A stretch of 64,000 nt of DNA, taken from Camelus dromedarius. Lineage: Eukaryota. The stretch is from NCBI RefSeq assembly GCF_036321535.1, contig NC_087436.1, forward strand, positions 122,576,001 to 122,640,000, written 5' to 3'. Both the position numbers and the translations under genes were made by a program. The notes under the pieces were generated by a model, which worked only from the letters and a program-made list of their open reading frames with translations, did no database searches and was not told the origin of the DNA. Numbering within the stretch: position 1 is the stretch's first letter; every line of letters starts with the position of its first letter. Shown here in pieces: positions 10,321 through 23,249 of this stretch.

Positions 10321-13039
10321 GCGCCTTCCGTGCTGGCTGACGCAGCCCTGCCGGGAAGGCCCCTGCCGGACTCCCCCTGTGTCGCGGCCCCCAAGGACCG
10401 GGACCGCCTCCCCTCTTCCCGGGGGCTGGGTGTCTCCCTCTCACCCCCAGACAGAGCCAGCGAGGGGCTCATCACCCATCACTCACCTCCCTGAGGCTCA
10501 GAGCCCCGGTCAGGGCTGCTCACTCTGTGCTCCCTCAAGGTTTTCCAGCACTTAGGGGCACTGACCCACAGCGTCCTGGCCAGGGAACTCTGCTTCCTTT
10601 CCAGGAGGGTCCCTGGCGTCTGGCCTCCAGCCAGCCCCCTTGACCCCTGCTGCCTCGTGGGGAGGAAGGACCAGGCAGGCGCCCCCCACCCCAAAAGCTC
10701 TGCAGACCAAGTTGTATGGGAGGGTGGCCCCTGACCTGCAGCCTGGCCACGGGGTGGGTCACACCCGCAGCAGGTGGTGGGTAAGTGCGTATGTGGGTCC
10801 TGGGTGCCAGAAGTGACACTTCTTCACCTGCCACCCTCCCATTCTGTCCTGGACGTAGGCCCCAGGCCCCTTAGGCAGAAGCCACAAGTGGGTGCTGGGT
10901 GAAGGTAGGAGCCTCTGTCCTGAGGAGGTCACACCTTCATCCTTGCCGTCCAAGACTGGCCGCCTCCTGGCCCAGCGGCCCGGCCCCTGGTGGCTCCACA
11001 TCTGTGCTGCCCGCACGTGTGCCCTGTGTATTTGCCCGCGTCCCACATGCTCCGTGCAGACAGGACTTGGCCTTCCCGCCAAAGGCCTTTGTCCTGCTCC
11101 GACCACATTGCCCCTTCTTCAAAGCCCAGCCCCACTGTCCACGTCCCCTCCCCACTCCCACCAGCCTCCTTCCCGACCTGGGGACTGAGCGCCTGGCGGC
11201 CAGGTGGGACAAGGTAGGGTGGGCCCTGGGGCCCCAGGGAAGCTCCCACCTGCCTTGGAGTTTCCAGAAGCTCACCCAGCCATGGCCCTTGGGGACCCAT
11301 CCACGGACTGGAGCTCCCACGCTCCCCCAGGGTCCCAGACCCCATGGCCCCGCACATGCTGAGGGAGGCAGTGGCTTTGAGGAATGTTCCATCCTCCTGG
11401 GCAGCCCTGGGGGCGGGCTGGGCCCAGGCCTGCCTCGCCTCTGGCTCCTCACCCCAGCCTCAGTTTCCCCATCACCTCAGGGGGCTGGGGCCACACTACA
11501 TTTCTGCTCCCCACTAGACAGCGGTCTGAAGGCCTGGCTTGGGGGGAGGGACGACTCTGGCTTCCAGCCTCGGGCTCCCTGCTTGGGGCCGTGGTCCCTG
11601 GAGAACACTGGTCTGTGAGTGAGCAGAGCCCCTGGCTACTGGGGGGCCCTCAGCCCCTGGGGATGCTGCAACCAGCCCTGGCCTGGACTTTCCTCCTGTT
11701 GGTCAGACACCTTCGGGTGGGTGTGGAGCCTTCCTGCCTGGCCCGCAGAGGCCGGGGGAGCATGGTGGCCAGTGGCCGGGCTCTTGGTGGGGCCGCTCCT
11801 GTGACTCCTGCATAAGGTGCAGCACGGTCCCCACTTGGCCAGGACCTGACTGTTACCTGGTGCCTCTTCACTCATGGCTTCATGGGGCTGTTCTGTGTCT
11901 CCCCCGGAGAAGGGGCTGAAAGCGGTGACAAGGGGAGACAAAGCTGCCCGCTGTCCCCATGCCACCGCCCACCACCCCTGAGCACTCGCCCCAGACCCCC
12001 GGGGGAGGCCGACACCACAGGGTCAAACCCACGAACGGGGCTCAGCCTTACACACGGTGGAGGCTGGACTGCAAGTGGGTCGGATGTCATTTGCAACATT
12101 TTGTTGGATGGCTTCACGTCCCCAGATCTGTCACAAGAGGGAGTGAGCGTAACTCCAGACCTCCCCTCCTGCCGGAGACAAAGGCCACAGGACCTGAGGG
12201 CCAGCAGGGGATGCCCAGCAGCCCAGAGGAGACAAGGTGGGGCCTGGTGGTGTGGACAGGGCAGGACACTGGGGAGAGCCTGGGTTTGGGTTCCTTTGAG
12301 TGGCATGTCTCAGCAGGGCTTCCTGGATAGCCTCTGAGTCTGCCCAAGGTGTCCCCAGTGATGGAAGGGACGGATGTGAAGGTCACACAGGCAGAGTGGC
12401 CACTCCCAGGGCTGGCAGAGCTCAGGGGTCGCTGCTGGGTGGGCAGGCTTCCTGGGGGAGGTGTACTGCATCTGAATGGGGGGGACCCTCACGTCCCACT
12501 GTCCTTGCTCGCCCACCATCTCCTTCCCTGGCAAACGCCCAGGTGCCTCTTCTCTGTCTCCCCCAGGTCATTTCTCCCCAAAATGCCACCGTCAGCCTTC
12601 CTCCCCGCACCACCTCTGCTTTCTGGGGCTGGGCGTTTGTTTCCAGCTCACCCACTCCTGGGGCTGGGGCTCTGGAGGGGTGAGGATAAGCCTTGAGGTC
12701 TGTAGGGGGCTTCCTCAGGAGACCCAGATGAAGGCCTCTCCCGGCCACCCCTGGGAGGTGTTTGTGACTGTGACCAGGCGAGTCTGAGGACCATGGCCCC
12801 TCCGGCCTTCTGCAGTCGCCTGGGGGAGAGCTCACTGGCGCCTGCCCTAGGGGCCAGGGGAGGGGGCGTAGACGGGGCGGCCCTCTGCCCAGGCTCCGAG
12901 CCTGCGGCTCCCCCTCCCCAGCCCACAAACCCGGGGCCTCCCCTGCGTGTGCTTCCTGGGCTGAGGGGCAGCACAACTCGGGCAGCATCCTGGAGGGGGG
13001 TCCCCACAAGGGACCAGGCGTGACTGCTGCTTCTCCCCG

Positions 13040-13560
13040 GCTGTCTCCTCGCCGGTCGGTGGCCGGGGCCTCGCTCTGATTGCCGCGTGCGAACGAGGAG
13101 ACGGCGGCCCTGGGGTTCTCACCCGCAGTGCGGGGAGCTGGCGGCTGCAGTGCGCGGCCTCTCCATCGGGGGCGGTGCTGGGCCGGCCGCGGCTGAGCCG
13201 TCCACACCCACCTCCTCCGCTGGCCGGGCTGGGGCCGCTCCCTTGTGTCTGCACACGCGGAGGGCCCGCCCGGCCAGGCGGTCACAGCACATTTTAATAG
13301 TGGAACGTAATTCCGGGGCAGTAGAAAAATGAAAGTGAAAAGTCCATGAATTATTACAAACGCACTCAATCTCCGCGGCTATGCGGCGGGCCCTGAGCTG
13401 GAAAGCCTTTTTCTCTCGTGTTTAAGTCAGCGTGGAAGATGGAATCGTCACAGAGACACGCTGGCCACGCGAACCTGTTACTGCTGCTGTGAGTCCCTAT
13501 AAATACTTTTCTGATTTATAGCCTCGCTCTGCTTTATAAATGGAAAACCAGAAGTGCCTT
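13040..13560. promoter_or_regulatory. CpG-rich segment plus candidate enhancer
   Basis: CpG-dense 13040-13290, then an AT-rich block with TTTAAT, GTAATT, AATTATTAC, CTATAAA, TGATTTAT (13512) and TTTATAAA. Confidence 0.45.
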
Positions 13561-15759
13561 CAAGAGCAACTATTCGATGCCCATGCTGTGTCCCCACGTC
13601 CTCGTGCCGCTGGGGGAGGCGCCCGCCTGGAGCCGCAGCCCTGGCGTCGGGGCGTCGGGCCGTCGCCTGGGGCCTGCTCGACGTGGGCTCGAGCAGGTGA
13701 CCAGCTGTGCCTGTCTGCCCGCCCAGGGTGGAAACCCGGAGAGCTGCTCACCCCTACCAGGGTGAGACCGTTCACGGACACGCTTTCCGTTTCTTTTGGA
13801 AAGAGGACTGATATGCTGGCATCTCTGGGATCATCTTGGTTTCCGTGGGCTTGTGTCTGAGAGGGCAGTTAGTGTCCGTGGCCCCCAGACCCCTCGCCAC
13901 ACCTCAGGTCCCCACAACCCCTGAGCGGGACCAGGTGCTCACGCGGGGCCAGGCACGCGGAGACTCCCCAGAGGGATGGGCACAGGGACCCCCTCTCCTG
14001 GGGCCTCAGTGGGATGGCGGGTGAGCTGGACACTCCATCTGCCTGTGGTGGCCGGGCTGGTGCCTGGTGCAGAGGGAGCCCAGGAAACTGACTCCGGGTG
14101 TCACAGTGACTAGCGAGACAGGGACAGTGAGTCTCACGGAAGCCAGGCCACTTCTCCCCGTCACGCAGCAATGCGGAGCAGGACCAGCACCGCACTGGAG
14201 CCGGGAGCCAAGGGGCTGTGTCCCCTCCCAGCAGGCAGTGCCCCTAGAGCTGGCCACGTGGGGGCCACCTGGGGTGTCAGCCCCCAAGAAGCAGCCCTGG
14301 GGTGACGCCGGGGTGTCTCTGGAGCACCCAGAGCCTCCCCAAGCCCAGGCTATTCCTCATGACTCTGAGGATTGGCAGGAAGACTTGTTTGGGGTTAAAG
14401 AAAGAAAAGGCTGTGGACTCGCGCTGTGAAGCTTTGAATCACCTGGAGGAGAGTGTGAGCTTCTTGGTCAGAGAAGCGCGATTCTGCGTTACGGGCCAGA
14501 AAGTCACGGGCTGGCGGGCCGGGGGGTGGACCTGAGGCACCTCATCTGCCTCCGACTGTAGACACGGCCACTTCCGGAAGACAAGGTAAGCAGGCCACTC
14601 ACCCCTTCCCTGTGACGCCCCAGACCCCATACCCCCTAAGTCTGTGAAGGAACACGGGGGTGGGGTGCAGACAGAAAGCCCTGAGGCCAGAGGAGACTTC
14701 TCCACCCAAAATGTGGGGTCGCTCTTGTCCGTGAGCGGAGGGTCTGGGGTGCGGCAGGTCTGTCTCTGATGCCCAGAGGGGCCGCTCTGCTCCTTGAGGC
14801 CCCGCTGTTCCCATGCCCTCGCCCTTGGCAGGGCCCGCGCTGGGGATGCTCTTGAGTGGGAGGTAAAACTGGAACCTCCCTCCAAACGGAGTTCTCACAC
14901 AGCAGCACACAGGGGACTGTTTGTAGGGCTTGGGAGCCGGGCGGTTGGGAGCTGGGCTCTCACTAGCAGACCTGTGGCAGGACCCCTGTGCGGGAAGGCC
15001 ACACCCATGGGCCACTCTGATGGCCACAGGCACCAGGCAGCCAGGGAAGGGCAGAGGGAGCACCATCCCCTCGGGGCGCCAGGCCTCGCAGCCCCGGGGA
15101 AGGCACGACGACGGGGCCCACGTGCACACCCCGGCCCAGCTCTTTCCGCTCAGTTCCCACAGCTCAAAGGAAAGCGAATCAGGTTCTGGGACAGCCGTCT
15201 CGGGCTGCGGGGTGCCAGCTTCCTGTGCTGGGGGACCCGGGCCACCTCCAGACTTCTTGCTTCCCCTTGCGCAGGTCATAGGCACCTCCTCATCTCAGCT
15301 CCCGATGGGGCAGCGGGCAGGCAGGGAGAGTAATGACCACTGTTCAACGCGGAAGTGGGGCTGGGGCAGCACCGACTGACCAGGCCCTGCCTATGGGCAT
15401 CAAATGAGCTGTGGTTTGGAGACAGACCCCCTCTGCTGCTAGGGGCAGCCTCTGGCCGAATCTCACCAGGGGACGGCTGCCGTGTCGGCACTGCTCCAGC
15501 TTGGTGGCAGGGGGCCCTGAAAAGGGAAAGGTGACAGAGCTGGCGTCCAGGGAGATGCCAGCAGCAGCTGGCTCACTTTGCTCAGGCCCCTGGAGCTGCA
15601 GTTTGGCCTTCGAGGACAAGGATGCCCCGGGGCGGCCAGAGGAAACTGGGCAGAATGTGACTGGGCTACAGATGGCGATGAAAGAATGGAGGGGCTGGGG
15701 CTGCTCATTCTGGGGAAGAGTTCACTTGAGAAGAATTGAGAGCTTCCCTCAGCTGTTCA

Positions 15760-15960
15760 ACAATCCATCCATCCATCCACCCCCCATCCATCCCCCCCCC
15801 ACCCATCCATCCATCAAACCATCCGTCCGTCCATCCATCCACCTATCCTTCCGTCCATCCCCCCCCCACCCATCCATCCATCAAACCATCCGTCCGCCCA
15901 CCCACCCTTCACCTATCTCTCCATCACCCGTACATCCTTCTTTCTCCCCATCTTTCCGAC
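15760..15960. repeat. (CCAT)n-type compound microsatellite
   Basis: tccatccatcc... array containing an exact 43-bp internal duplication (15787-15829 = 15854-15896). Confidence 0.9.
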
Positions 15961-16139
15961 CAGGCACCCACCCTCCTGCCAGTATGGGTGGGAATCAGCC
16001 TACCCTGGTAGGTGTTTCTAGTCCAGCCAGAACACACAGGTGGGGTGTCCTTGGTGAGGTGGGAGCCCAAGTGAGGAGGCCTGCCCACGTCATGGATCTA
16101 AAGCAAACACAAGTGTCTGTTGACATGTTTTGATTTGGT

Positions 16140-17030
16140 TTATGTCACTTATCATAAGAACCCTGCAAGAAAACAAGAATAGAAAGGGTTTTATGAAAGA
16201 AATTACATAAACTCTGGGTCTTAAGAGCTGAATTTTGCCAACCAAAGGAAGGCAGCCCAGGGGGAGGAAATATGCAAAGGTGAGTCAGCCTGAAACCGCA
16301 GGCTGGGTACCAGGTGATGTTAGGGTGGATACAAGGTGGTGGTGGGTGGGAAGCAGGTAGTGATGAAGTGGGGTAAACAGCCAGCTCCCAAGGTTTTTGC
16401 AGGATCTGAACCTCACCCAGAGGGTGCCAGGCAGGACAGGCTTAGGCTTCCTTCTGGAGAACTCACACTGGCTGTCGCACAACTGGACGTATGGGAGGCC
16501 TATAGAGGGAGACAGGTGAGGAGGAGGACAGTTGAGGAGGGGGACAGGTGGGGGGACAGGTGAGGGGGACAGGTGAGAAGGGGTACAAGTGAGGAGGGGA
16601 CAGGTGAGGAGGGGACAGGTGAGGAAGGGGACGGGTCAGGAGGGGGACGGGTCAGGAGGGGGACAGGTGAGGGGGGACAGGTGAGGGGGGACAAGTGAGG
16701 AGGGGACAGGTGAGGAAGGGGACGGGTGAGGAGGGGGACAGGTGAGGGGGGGACAGGTGAGGAGGGGACAGGTGAGGAAGGGGACGGGTGAGGAGGGGGA
16801 TGGGTCAGGAGGGGGACAGGTGAGGGGGGACAGGTGAGGGGGGACAGGTGAGGAGGGGACAGGTGAGGAAGGGGACGGGTCAGGAGGGGGACGGGTCAGG
16901 AGGGGGACAGGTGAGGGGGGACAGGTGAGGGGGGACAGGTGAGGAGGCCTGTAGGAGAGGAGGCTGTCAGAGTGATTCAGTCAGGAGAGGGTGGGGCTGG
17001 CTGACAGTGGGCAGGGGAGAGGGAGATGAG
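16140..17030 (-). mobile_element. L2 LINE relic (antisense), interrupted by a minisatellite
   Basis: gagaactcacactggctgt...gggagacaggtgaggagg[array]aggaggctgtcagagtgattcagtcaggagagggtggggctgg follows the recalled antisense L2 gaaagatcactctggctg...gggagaccagttaggaggctgttgcagtagtccaggcgagagatgatggtgg. Confidence 0.5.
16505..16947. repeat. G-rich minisatellite/VNTR, unit ~15-16 bp (GGGGACAGGTGAGGA), ~29 copies
   Basis: Read directly. Variants ggggacaggtgagg(a/g) and ggggacgggtcagga; 18 copies contain CAGGTGAG. Confidence 0.95.
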
Positions 17031-17539
17031 GGTATCCTTGGGCCCCTACCCCTGGTGCCCCCAGCCCTGCCCCCTATCCCCAGGCCTGGTGGCCCCCTGT
17101 CTCTGCCAGCCCAGAGCTGGGAGAATCCAGTCCCTCCATCAAAGCCCAGGTAAGACCCAGGGGCCTGGAGACCTGGGGCTCCACCCTGTCAGCACCTGGC
17201 CGATGGGCCCCAGGGAAGCCTCTCCGGCCACCCCCTCTGCCGGAGCACTTCCCGGAGCAGCCCCTCTGATGTCTTTGCTCTGCACCAGCTGGGCTTGCCG
17301 ACTACGGTTGGGCTGAGGGGCTCTCGGTCTACACCTGTCTTAGGGGGGCAGGACTTCATCAAACAAATTGCCCTGCTTCGTGAAAAATCCTGCCCCGGGA
17401 AAACCAGGAGGCCCTAGAAGGCAGACCTGGCTGGTCACACTCTCACCTGCTCACTATGGCCCAGCCCCTCCCCAGGCCTGACCAGCCCCCGCACCTGGCA
17501 GCAACCCGCCCCCATGCTGTTGACTTCTGGCCTGCTTGG

Positions 17540-17845
17540 GGGCCCAGGATAAATTTATGACTTTGGCAGAACTGGGTGTAACAAACAGAAGTCTATTTTT
17601 ATGGCCGTGGCCACTGTGTCCTCTTGCTGGCCTGGGAGACTGGCCCCTCCCGCATCAGTTAATCAGGGAAATTGTGGGATCCAAGAAACCCAGCTCTCCC
17701 AATGTCCCCCTCCCCAGAGAGGGGGCACCCCCTCCACCTTCCCACTGAAGGTTGAGTGCAGATCGTAAAGTTCCAGCTCAAATGCCATGAAAAAACTTTA
17801 TCTCATCAATTTCCTAAGTCACTGTTTCCCTCATTTAAAAGATGG
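17540..17845. promoter_or_regulatory. Candidate enhancer
   Basis: GATAAATTTATGAC, TTTTATGGCC (17597-17606; posterior HOX/CDX type), GTTAATCA, ATCGTAAA, TTATCT, ATCAAT. Confidence 0.35.
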
Positions 17846-18219
17846 AACAACCCCACGTGTGGGGAAGTGCCGGGGTGGAGAATGCGCTTCATGCTCGTGG
17901 CAGGTTGGAGGGTCACCCTGGGGCCCTGAGACCTGGGATGGGTCGGCTCGGGGCTGCGCCGGACCCCTGGCTCTCTCAGGAGCAGCAGTCAGGTGGCGCC
18001 ATGGAGTGCCCTGTGACGCCGACTGGCCTTGGCGACTTAGGGAGGGGTGGGGTTCTGGGTAATCTTGCTGGGTGCCCCCTGAGAGGGCCAGTGTGTTGCC
18101 TGGTCTCCCTCACTGGCCGGGTGGCCTCCTTCATCCCACAGGAGACGGGCAGGGTGACCGGACAGTGTCTTTGGGAAAGTGGCCCTGGGAGGGCAGTGCC
18201 CTGGGAAGCTGGGGGCTCA

Positions 18220-18682
18220 GACCACAACCTGCACTTGAATGTTGACAGTGGCGCTTTCCTAGTGACTGAAAGGTGGGAGCACCAGGGGTCCCTCAGCCAG
18301 CAGGTGGACAACAGTGCAGTACGTCCGCTCGAGGGAGGATCACGCAGCCGTGAGCAGGAGTGAAGGCCTGATGCGTCAAACCTTGGAGACCCCGTGTCAA
18401 GTGGAAGGGGCCAGACGTAAAAGGCCGCCAGCGTGTGATCCGTCTACACGAAAGGTCCAGCACTGCAACCTGTGGGACAGAAAGCAGATGGTGGGGGCTG
18501 GGGGCTGGGGGCGGGGATGAGAGTGACCACTGACGGGTGTGGGGTTTCTCTGGGGGATGACGGAATGTTCTGGACTCCGGTGGTGGCGGTGGGAGCCCTA
18601 TGTGGGGAATGCACTTAATGCCATTACACACACGGTTTACAGTGGTTCATTTCAGGTTATGTGAATTTCACTTGAATTGAGA
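18220..18682 (+). mobile_element. Ancient L1M (L1MB-like) 3' end, GC-shifted
   Basis: ggggtttctctgggggatgacggaatgttctggac...cacttaatgccatt...ttatgtgaatttcacttgaatt is the typical L1MB 3' UTR ending; upstream sequence is colinear with the ORF2 end. Confidence 0.8.
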
Positions 18683-19439
18683 AAATAGGTAAGTGGAAGA
18701 GCACATGGGACTGAGGAGGGCAAGGAGGACGTGAGGCGTGGAGGCTGCTGAGCAGGGTCTGGGCTCCCGTGGACTTGTGGGGGGGGTGGGCTGGAGGTGC
18801 CTTCAAGGGGCAGGGCCCAGGCTGTGGTGGTGGGAGGCAGGTGGCAGATGTGGCTGCCCCATGCGGCTCTGGGTGCCCATCCTGTGGTCTGCATCCCCTT
18901 GGGGTCAGAGTTGGCTGAGCTTCGATTGTACCTCCTCCCCAAACAGAGGGACAGGGAGTGAGATGTTGGGGGTGCTTAGGTGCAGCCCACCTCTCTGAGG
19001 GAAGGCCCTCCTCCCACTGGCTCCTCACCGAGCACCACTCGCAGCTGATGAGACCCCGAGGGAGACACAGTGGGGACGGAGTGCCCCCTGGCCTGGGTCT
19101 GGCAGGCTAGAGCCTGGCCATAGGCAGCATGGCTGCCCAGAGTCAAGGAGAGCTTTGGCCTCCGCAGCACAAGCTCGGAGACCCCGAGTGTCCTCGGGGC
19201 TGGACCCTGTGCATTTTGGAGAACACAGAGCGACCCCAGGGCTGCTGTCTTGGTGAGAAACCCATAGGAAGGACCTCAAATCCACTGGGGCTGTGGGAGC
19301 AGGGCTGTGTGGTGGCCCTCCTCCAGGCCCTGGTGGTGGGGACGCCGGGTGGGGTCTGGCGGTGGCCCTGCCTGCGCAGGCATCACGGATGTGTCCCGAG
19401 CCCGGTTCTGCCTCTTGTCCTTGCCACTGTCCAGGCGTG

Positions 19440-19575
19440 GCGCTGAGAACAGGCTGCGCCGTGGGGGGCGGGAAGCTGCAACCCCGCTCCCCAGGGACTC
19501 TGTTTCCCCATTTGACAAAGGAGGTGGGCGCCACCCTCCTTGGGTGGTTTTGACGGCTAAATGAGGGAGCGGAGC
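19440..19575 (+). mobile_element. MIR fragment
   Basis: actctgtttccccatttgacaaaggagg...gggtggttttgacggctaaatgag matches the MIR core and tail. Confidence 0.55.
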
Positions 19576-20290
19576 CCCCCAGCGGGGCTGGTGCTCCTCC
19601 AGGCCCGGTGGGACGACCGGCTGCGGGGATGAGAGGAGGAAGCCGTCTGGTGCTCCCGGGGCAGCCGCCTTGGCTCTGACGGGGGAACTCCAGGCGGAGC
19701 TAATCGAAGCTGAAAAGGTGGCATCAGCGCGCGTCCTCTCCTTTTGCCGCCTTCATCAATCCCGCTAACTGGGTTTGAGCTGCGCCGGTGGACGCTCCGC
19801 GAGGGGAAATTAATATGTAAGACGTCTGAGGCCTGATGCGGCTGCGGGGCCGCCAGCGGGCGCTTGGCCAGGGCGGCCGCGGGGCTGGGGGGGCCTGCGG
19901 CCTGGGGAGGGCGCCGCCCGTCCCCCTCCCCATCATCAATTCAATTACCCCACGGCTGATACATATTCAGGCCCGCTGCCGAGGGAAGGGGAGGCCGGAC
20001 AAAGGCGCCTGCATTTACCCAGTAATAAGTTTCATTTGGAGTAGGTTTGAAAACAATCCCCCGTCACATTTGTCCCTGTCAGATCGCATTATTCACAAAT
20101 GAAGTTCACAAAGTATCAATTCAATTTCAATGAGGCGCCGAGGCAGGGCTCTGGCTGGGGCTGCGTCCCCACCGGGGCAGCGGACAGCAGTGGGTCAGAG
20201 GTAATCAAAGCCTGGCCCATGGTAACACTTTCCATTTCACCCGTTTTGTGCACATCTGTTCCTGGGTAATCCCATTTTCTACACTTCCAA
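19560..20290. promoter_or_regulatory. CpG-island-like segment with candidate conserved enhancer
   Basis: CpG-dense 19560-20000, interleaved with AT-rich motifs: CTAATCG, ATCAAT x3, AATTAAT, AACAAT (20052), CTGTCA (20076), GTAATC x2. Confidence 0.55.
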
Positions 20291-21904
20291 ATCACCGAAG
20301 ACGGTGGCGGAGGGGGGCCAGCGCACCTCCGGGAGCCTGCCCCCGCCCCCGCCCGCCTGCTCTGGCCGCCTGGGGCCCTGGGTCACACGCGCTGCCTTGC
20401 AGGGGGCCCTGGGCACTTTGGCGGCGCTGGTCAGCCTCTTGCCCCCCAACCTGGCAGTCCCCACACCCATGCGTGGCTCAGCCGACCTGGTCAGGGACCA
20501 CGTGGCAGCCCCCGACGTGTCCCCAGCCTCCTGGAGCCCTCTCCTCACTCACCTGAGGCTGGCCCAGCCCCCTCCCTGAGACAGACTGGGGACTCAGGGA
20601 CTCCGCCCTCTCTGAAGGGCTCCCTGAAGCTGAGCCCTGAGCCCGGCGGCGGCGGCAGCTGTCTGGTTGCGCCCCAGCCTCTGCTGGGTGATGACGCCCA
20701 GCACTGCAGCCCCTCTCAGGGCCCTGCCTCTTCCCTCTGCTCTGGAGCCCCTGCAGCACCCCGGACTTACCCCAGCCTCTGACCGCACATCCCAACCTTG
20801 GGCCCTTCCCTGCCCCTCCCCGCCCATCGGAGCACACAGGGGCTCCCCTGGGGCAGGGTGGTGACGGACCTGCCCAAGCTGGCCTTGGCTCAAAGGGTCC
20901 ACACAGAAGGTCAGATTCCGCCCTCCCGCAGCCCCAGGGCTGCACCTGTGTGTCCAGGCTAAGCACGGGGTTGGGGCAGACACCCACTACCCCGTGTGAC
21001 CGGCCACACACCACGCCTCAGGGCCCGGGTTTCCCCATCTTGAAGTGAAGGGACAGGTCCTTCCGGGGCTAGGCCTGGGCTGGTCTTGGCCTCACAAAGA
21101 CTTTGGACACCAAACAGACCCCAGGCAGCCAGAGGGGCCAAGCATCAGAGACCTGGGCAGGAGGTAGCCCCAGATGTTAAGAGCCTGGGGGCAGGAGTGA
21201 GTGGCCGGCCAGCCCTCATCCCCCTGACCTTGCAGTCACCCTGGAGGGCTCTGGGCCTGGCCTCCGGAGTGCCATGCACACTGGGGCTGCCCTGGAGGCC
21301 TCGCCCCCACCACAGGGACTCACAGGGCAGGAAGGAGGGGTGCTGGGGCACCCTGGTGTGGACACCGTGGGCCTTGGGTGCAGGGCTCTTGGGCACACGG
21401 GCGCTCACTGCCCACCTGTGCTCACCTGCGCTGGGGTGTCTGTGGATGCAGGGCAGGTGTGCGCCTGGGTGTGGGTCGGGCCCACAGGGGCAGGTGTACC
21501 TGCAGTCGGACACACACGAGCCTGGGGAGTGTGCACACATTGTGTGCCTTTCACGCAGCCCTCACCGGCGACACGCACATGGAAGCAGTGGGTCTGAGGT
21601 CCGTGTTGTTGGGGGTGAGACGACCCGCAGGCTGGCTCCACCTCTTCCTGCTTTCCACCTCCCTGGACGTTAGCCCCGGAGTCCCAGCACCCCGAGCAAC
21701 ACTGCTGACTGACTTTACCCTGGAGGCCCAGGCTGAGGCTCCGTGGCTGGGGCAGGGCCGGGTGGGGTGGGGCAGGCCACCTGTGGGCCAGGGTGGCCGG
21801 GGGGCCTCAGGGGCACTGTGTACGAAGGGTCCTGTTTCCTAGTGTCTCTGACCACTGAGGCCAGGCTTCAGAATGGGAGAAAATTGCCATTTAATAGTGT
21901 CTGT

Positions 21905-22645
21905 TTGCTTGTGTTTCTAAATTAATAAACTATTTTTAGAGCAGTTTTAGGTTCACAGAGACGTCAAGCTGGTGACACTGAGATTCCCCTCCGCTTCCCG
22001 TCTCCCATCCCCCGCTGCAGCCTCCCTGCCGTCAGCACCGCCACGGAGGGCACACTTGTCCCAGACGATGAACCTGCACCGACACGTCATCACCACCCGG
22101 AGCCCACAGTTCACGTCAGGGGTCACGCTCGGTGTTGTGCGCTCTGCGGTTTTGGACAAACGTGCGGTGACAGGCCTCCTCACTGCAGTGTCAGCGCACA
22201 GTGTTTCACTGCCCTAAACCCCCTGCTCTGCTGGATCACCTCCCCCAATCCCTGCAGACACTGGTCTTGTCGCCGTCGCCATAGTTTGCCTTTTCCAGGA
22301 TGCCGCACAGGTGGACTCATACCGTCTGTGGCCTTTTCAGACCGGCTCTGTCCCTCGGTGATGTGCATTTAAGGTTCCTCCGTGTCTTTTCATGCCGTGC
22401 CAGCTCACTTCTCTTTAGTGCTGAATAATATTCCAGCATCCAGAGGGACCACAGTTTATTTATGCATCACCTGCCAGAGGGCATCTTGGCTGCTTCCAGG
22501 TTCTGGCAACGACGGATAAAGCTGCTGTAGACGTCTGTGCGCAGTTTCTTCTGCTCCTTTGGGGACGTTCCCAGGGTGCCATCGCTGGATCGTCTGGTTA
22601 GAGTACGTTGAGTTTTGTGAGAGGGGCTATGTCTTCCGACGAGGC
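21905..22645 (-). mobile_element. L1MC1-like LINE-1 3' end (antisense)
   Basis: tttttagagcagttttaggttcacag...tttcactgccctaaa...gccttttccagga...gccttttcagac...atgtgcatttaaggttcctccgtgtcttttcatg...tgctgaataatattcc...ccacagtttattta are diagnostic L1MC 3' end blocks. Confidence 0.9.
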
Positions 22646-23249
22646 CAGGCCTCACCCGTGGGAGAGAACTATTGTCTCACAGTGTTTTCTGCAAAAACTG
22701 AGTTGTCTCTTAGCTTCTCCACTTGGCCGCCTCGCCAGGCCATGTGCCCTGGAGACTCTGGACTGAGCCTGTGGGGCCCCCACCCCACGGTGCCTGCACA
22801 GGGCTGGGGCTCTTGTTGGAAGGCCCGGCCTGCCTGCACTGAGGCGCTTTGCCCTGGGCGGTGAACACGAGCCTGGGGGCCCAATGGCCGGCCCCCCTCA
22901 CCCCAAGGGTCCCAGCGGCGTGTGAAATGCCAGGACAGGCGCAGCCCCCCGAGGGCTCGAGGGCCTGCGTGTCTGCTGTAGGAGGCTGTGAGTGGCGCTG
23001 CACAGGGCTGGGGGTGCTGCTGGCTGGGCCCCAAGGCTAGAAGGTGGACGCCGTGGGGCGACTCTGGGCCTCGGCCCTGAGGGGCCGCATGGCCCCTGCT
23101 GCCCTCCTCTCCTTGGCCTCTTTCCTGGCTCAGCCTGAGTGTACTGCCCCCCCCCCCCGCCCCAGGGCAGGTGGGGCCGGGCACCGTGCGGAGCGGCCTT
23201 GGCCTGGCGGCTGCCCTGGCTCAGTTGTCTTGTCCGGACCGTAACCGGC

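Noticed and set aside
16505..16947. CRISPR-like array
   Set aside because: Head-to-tail units without unique spacers, mammalian context and no cas genes.
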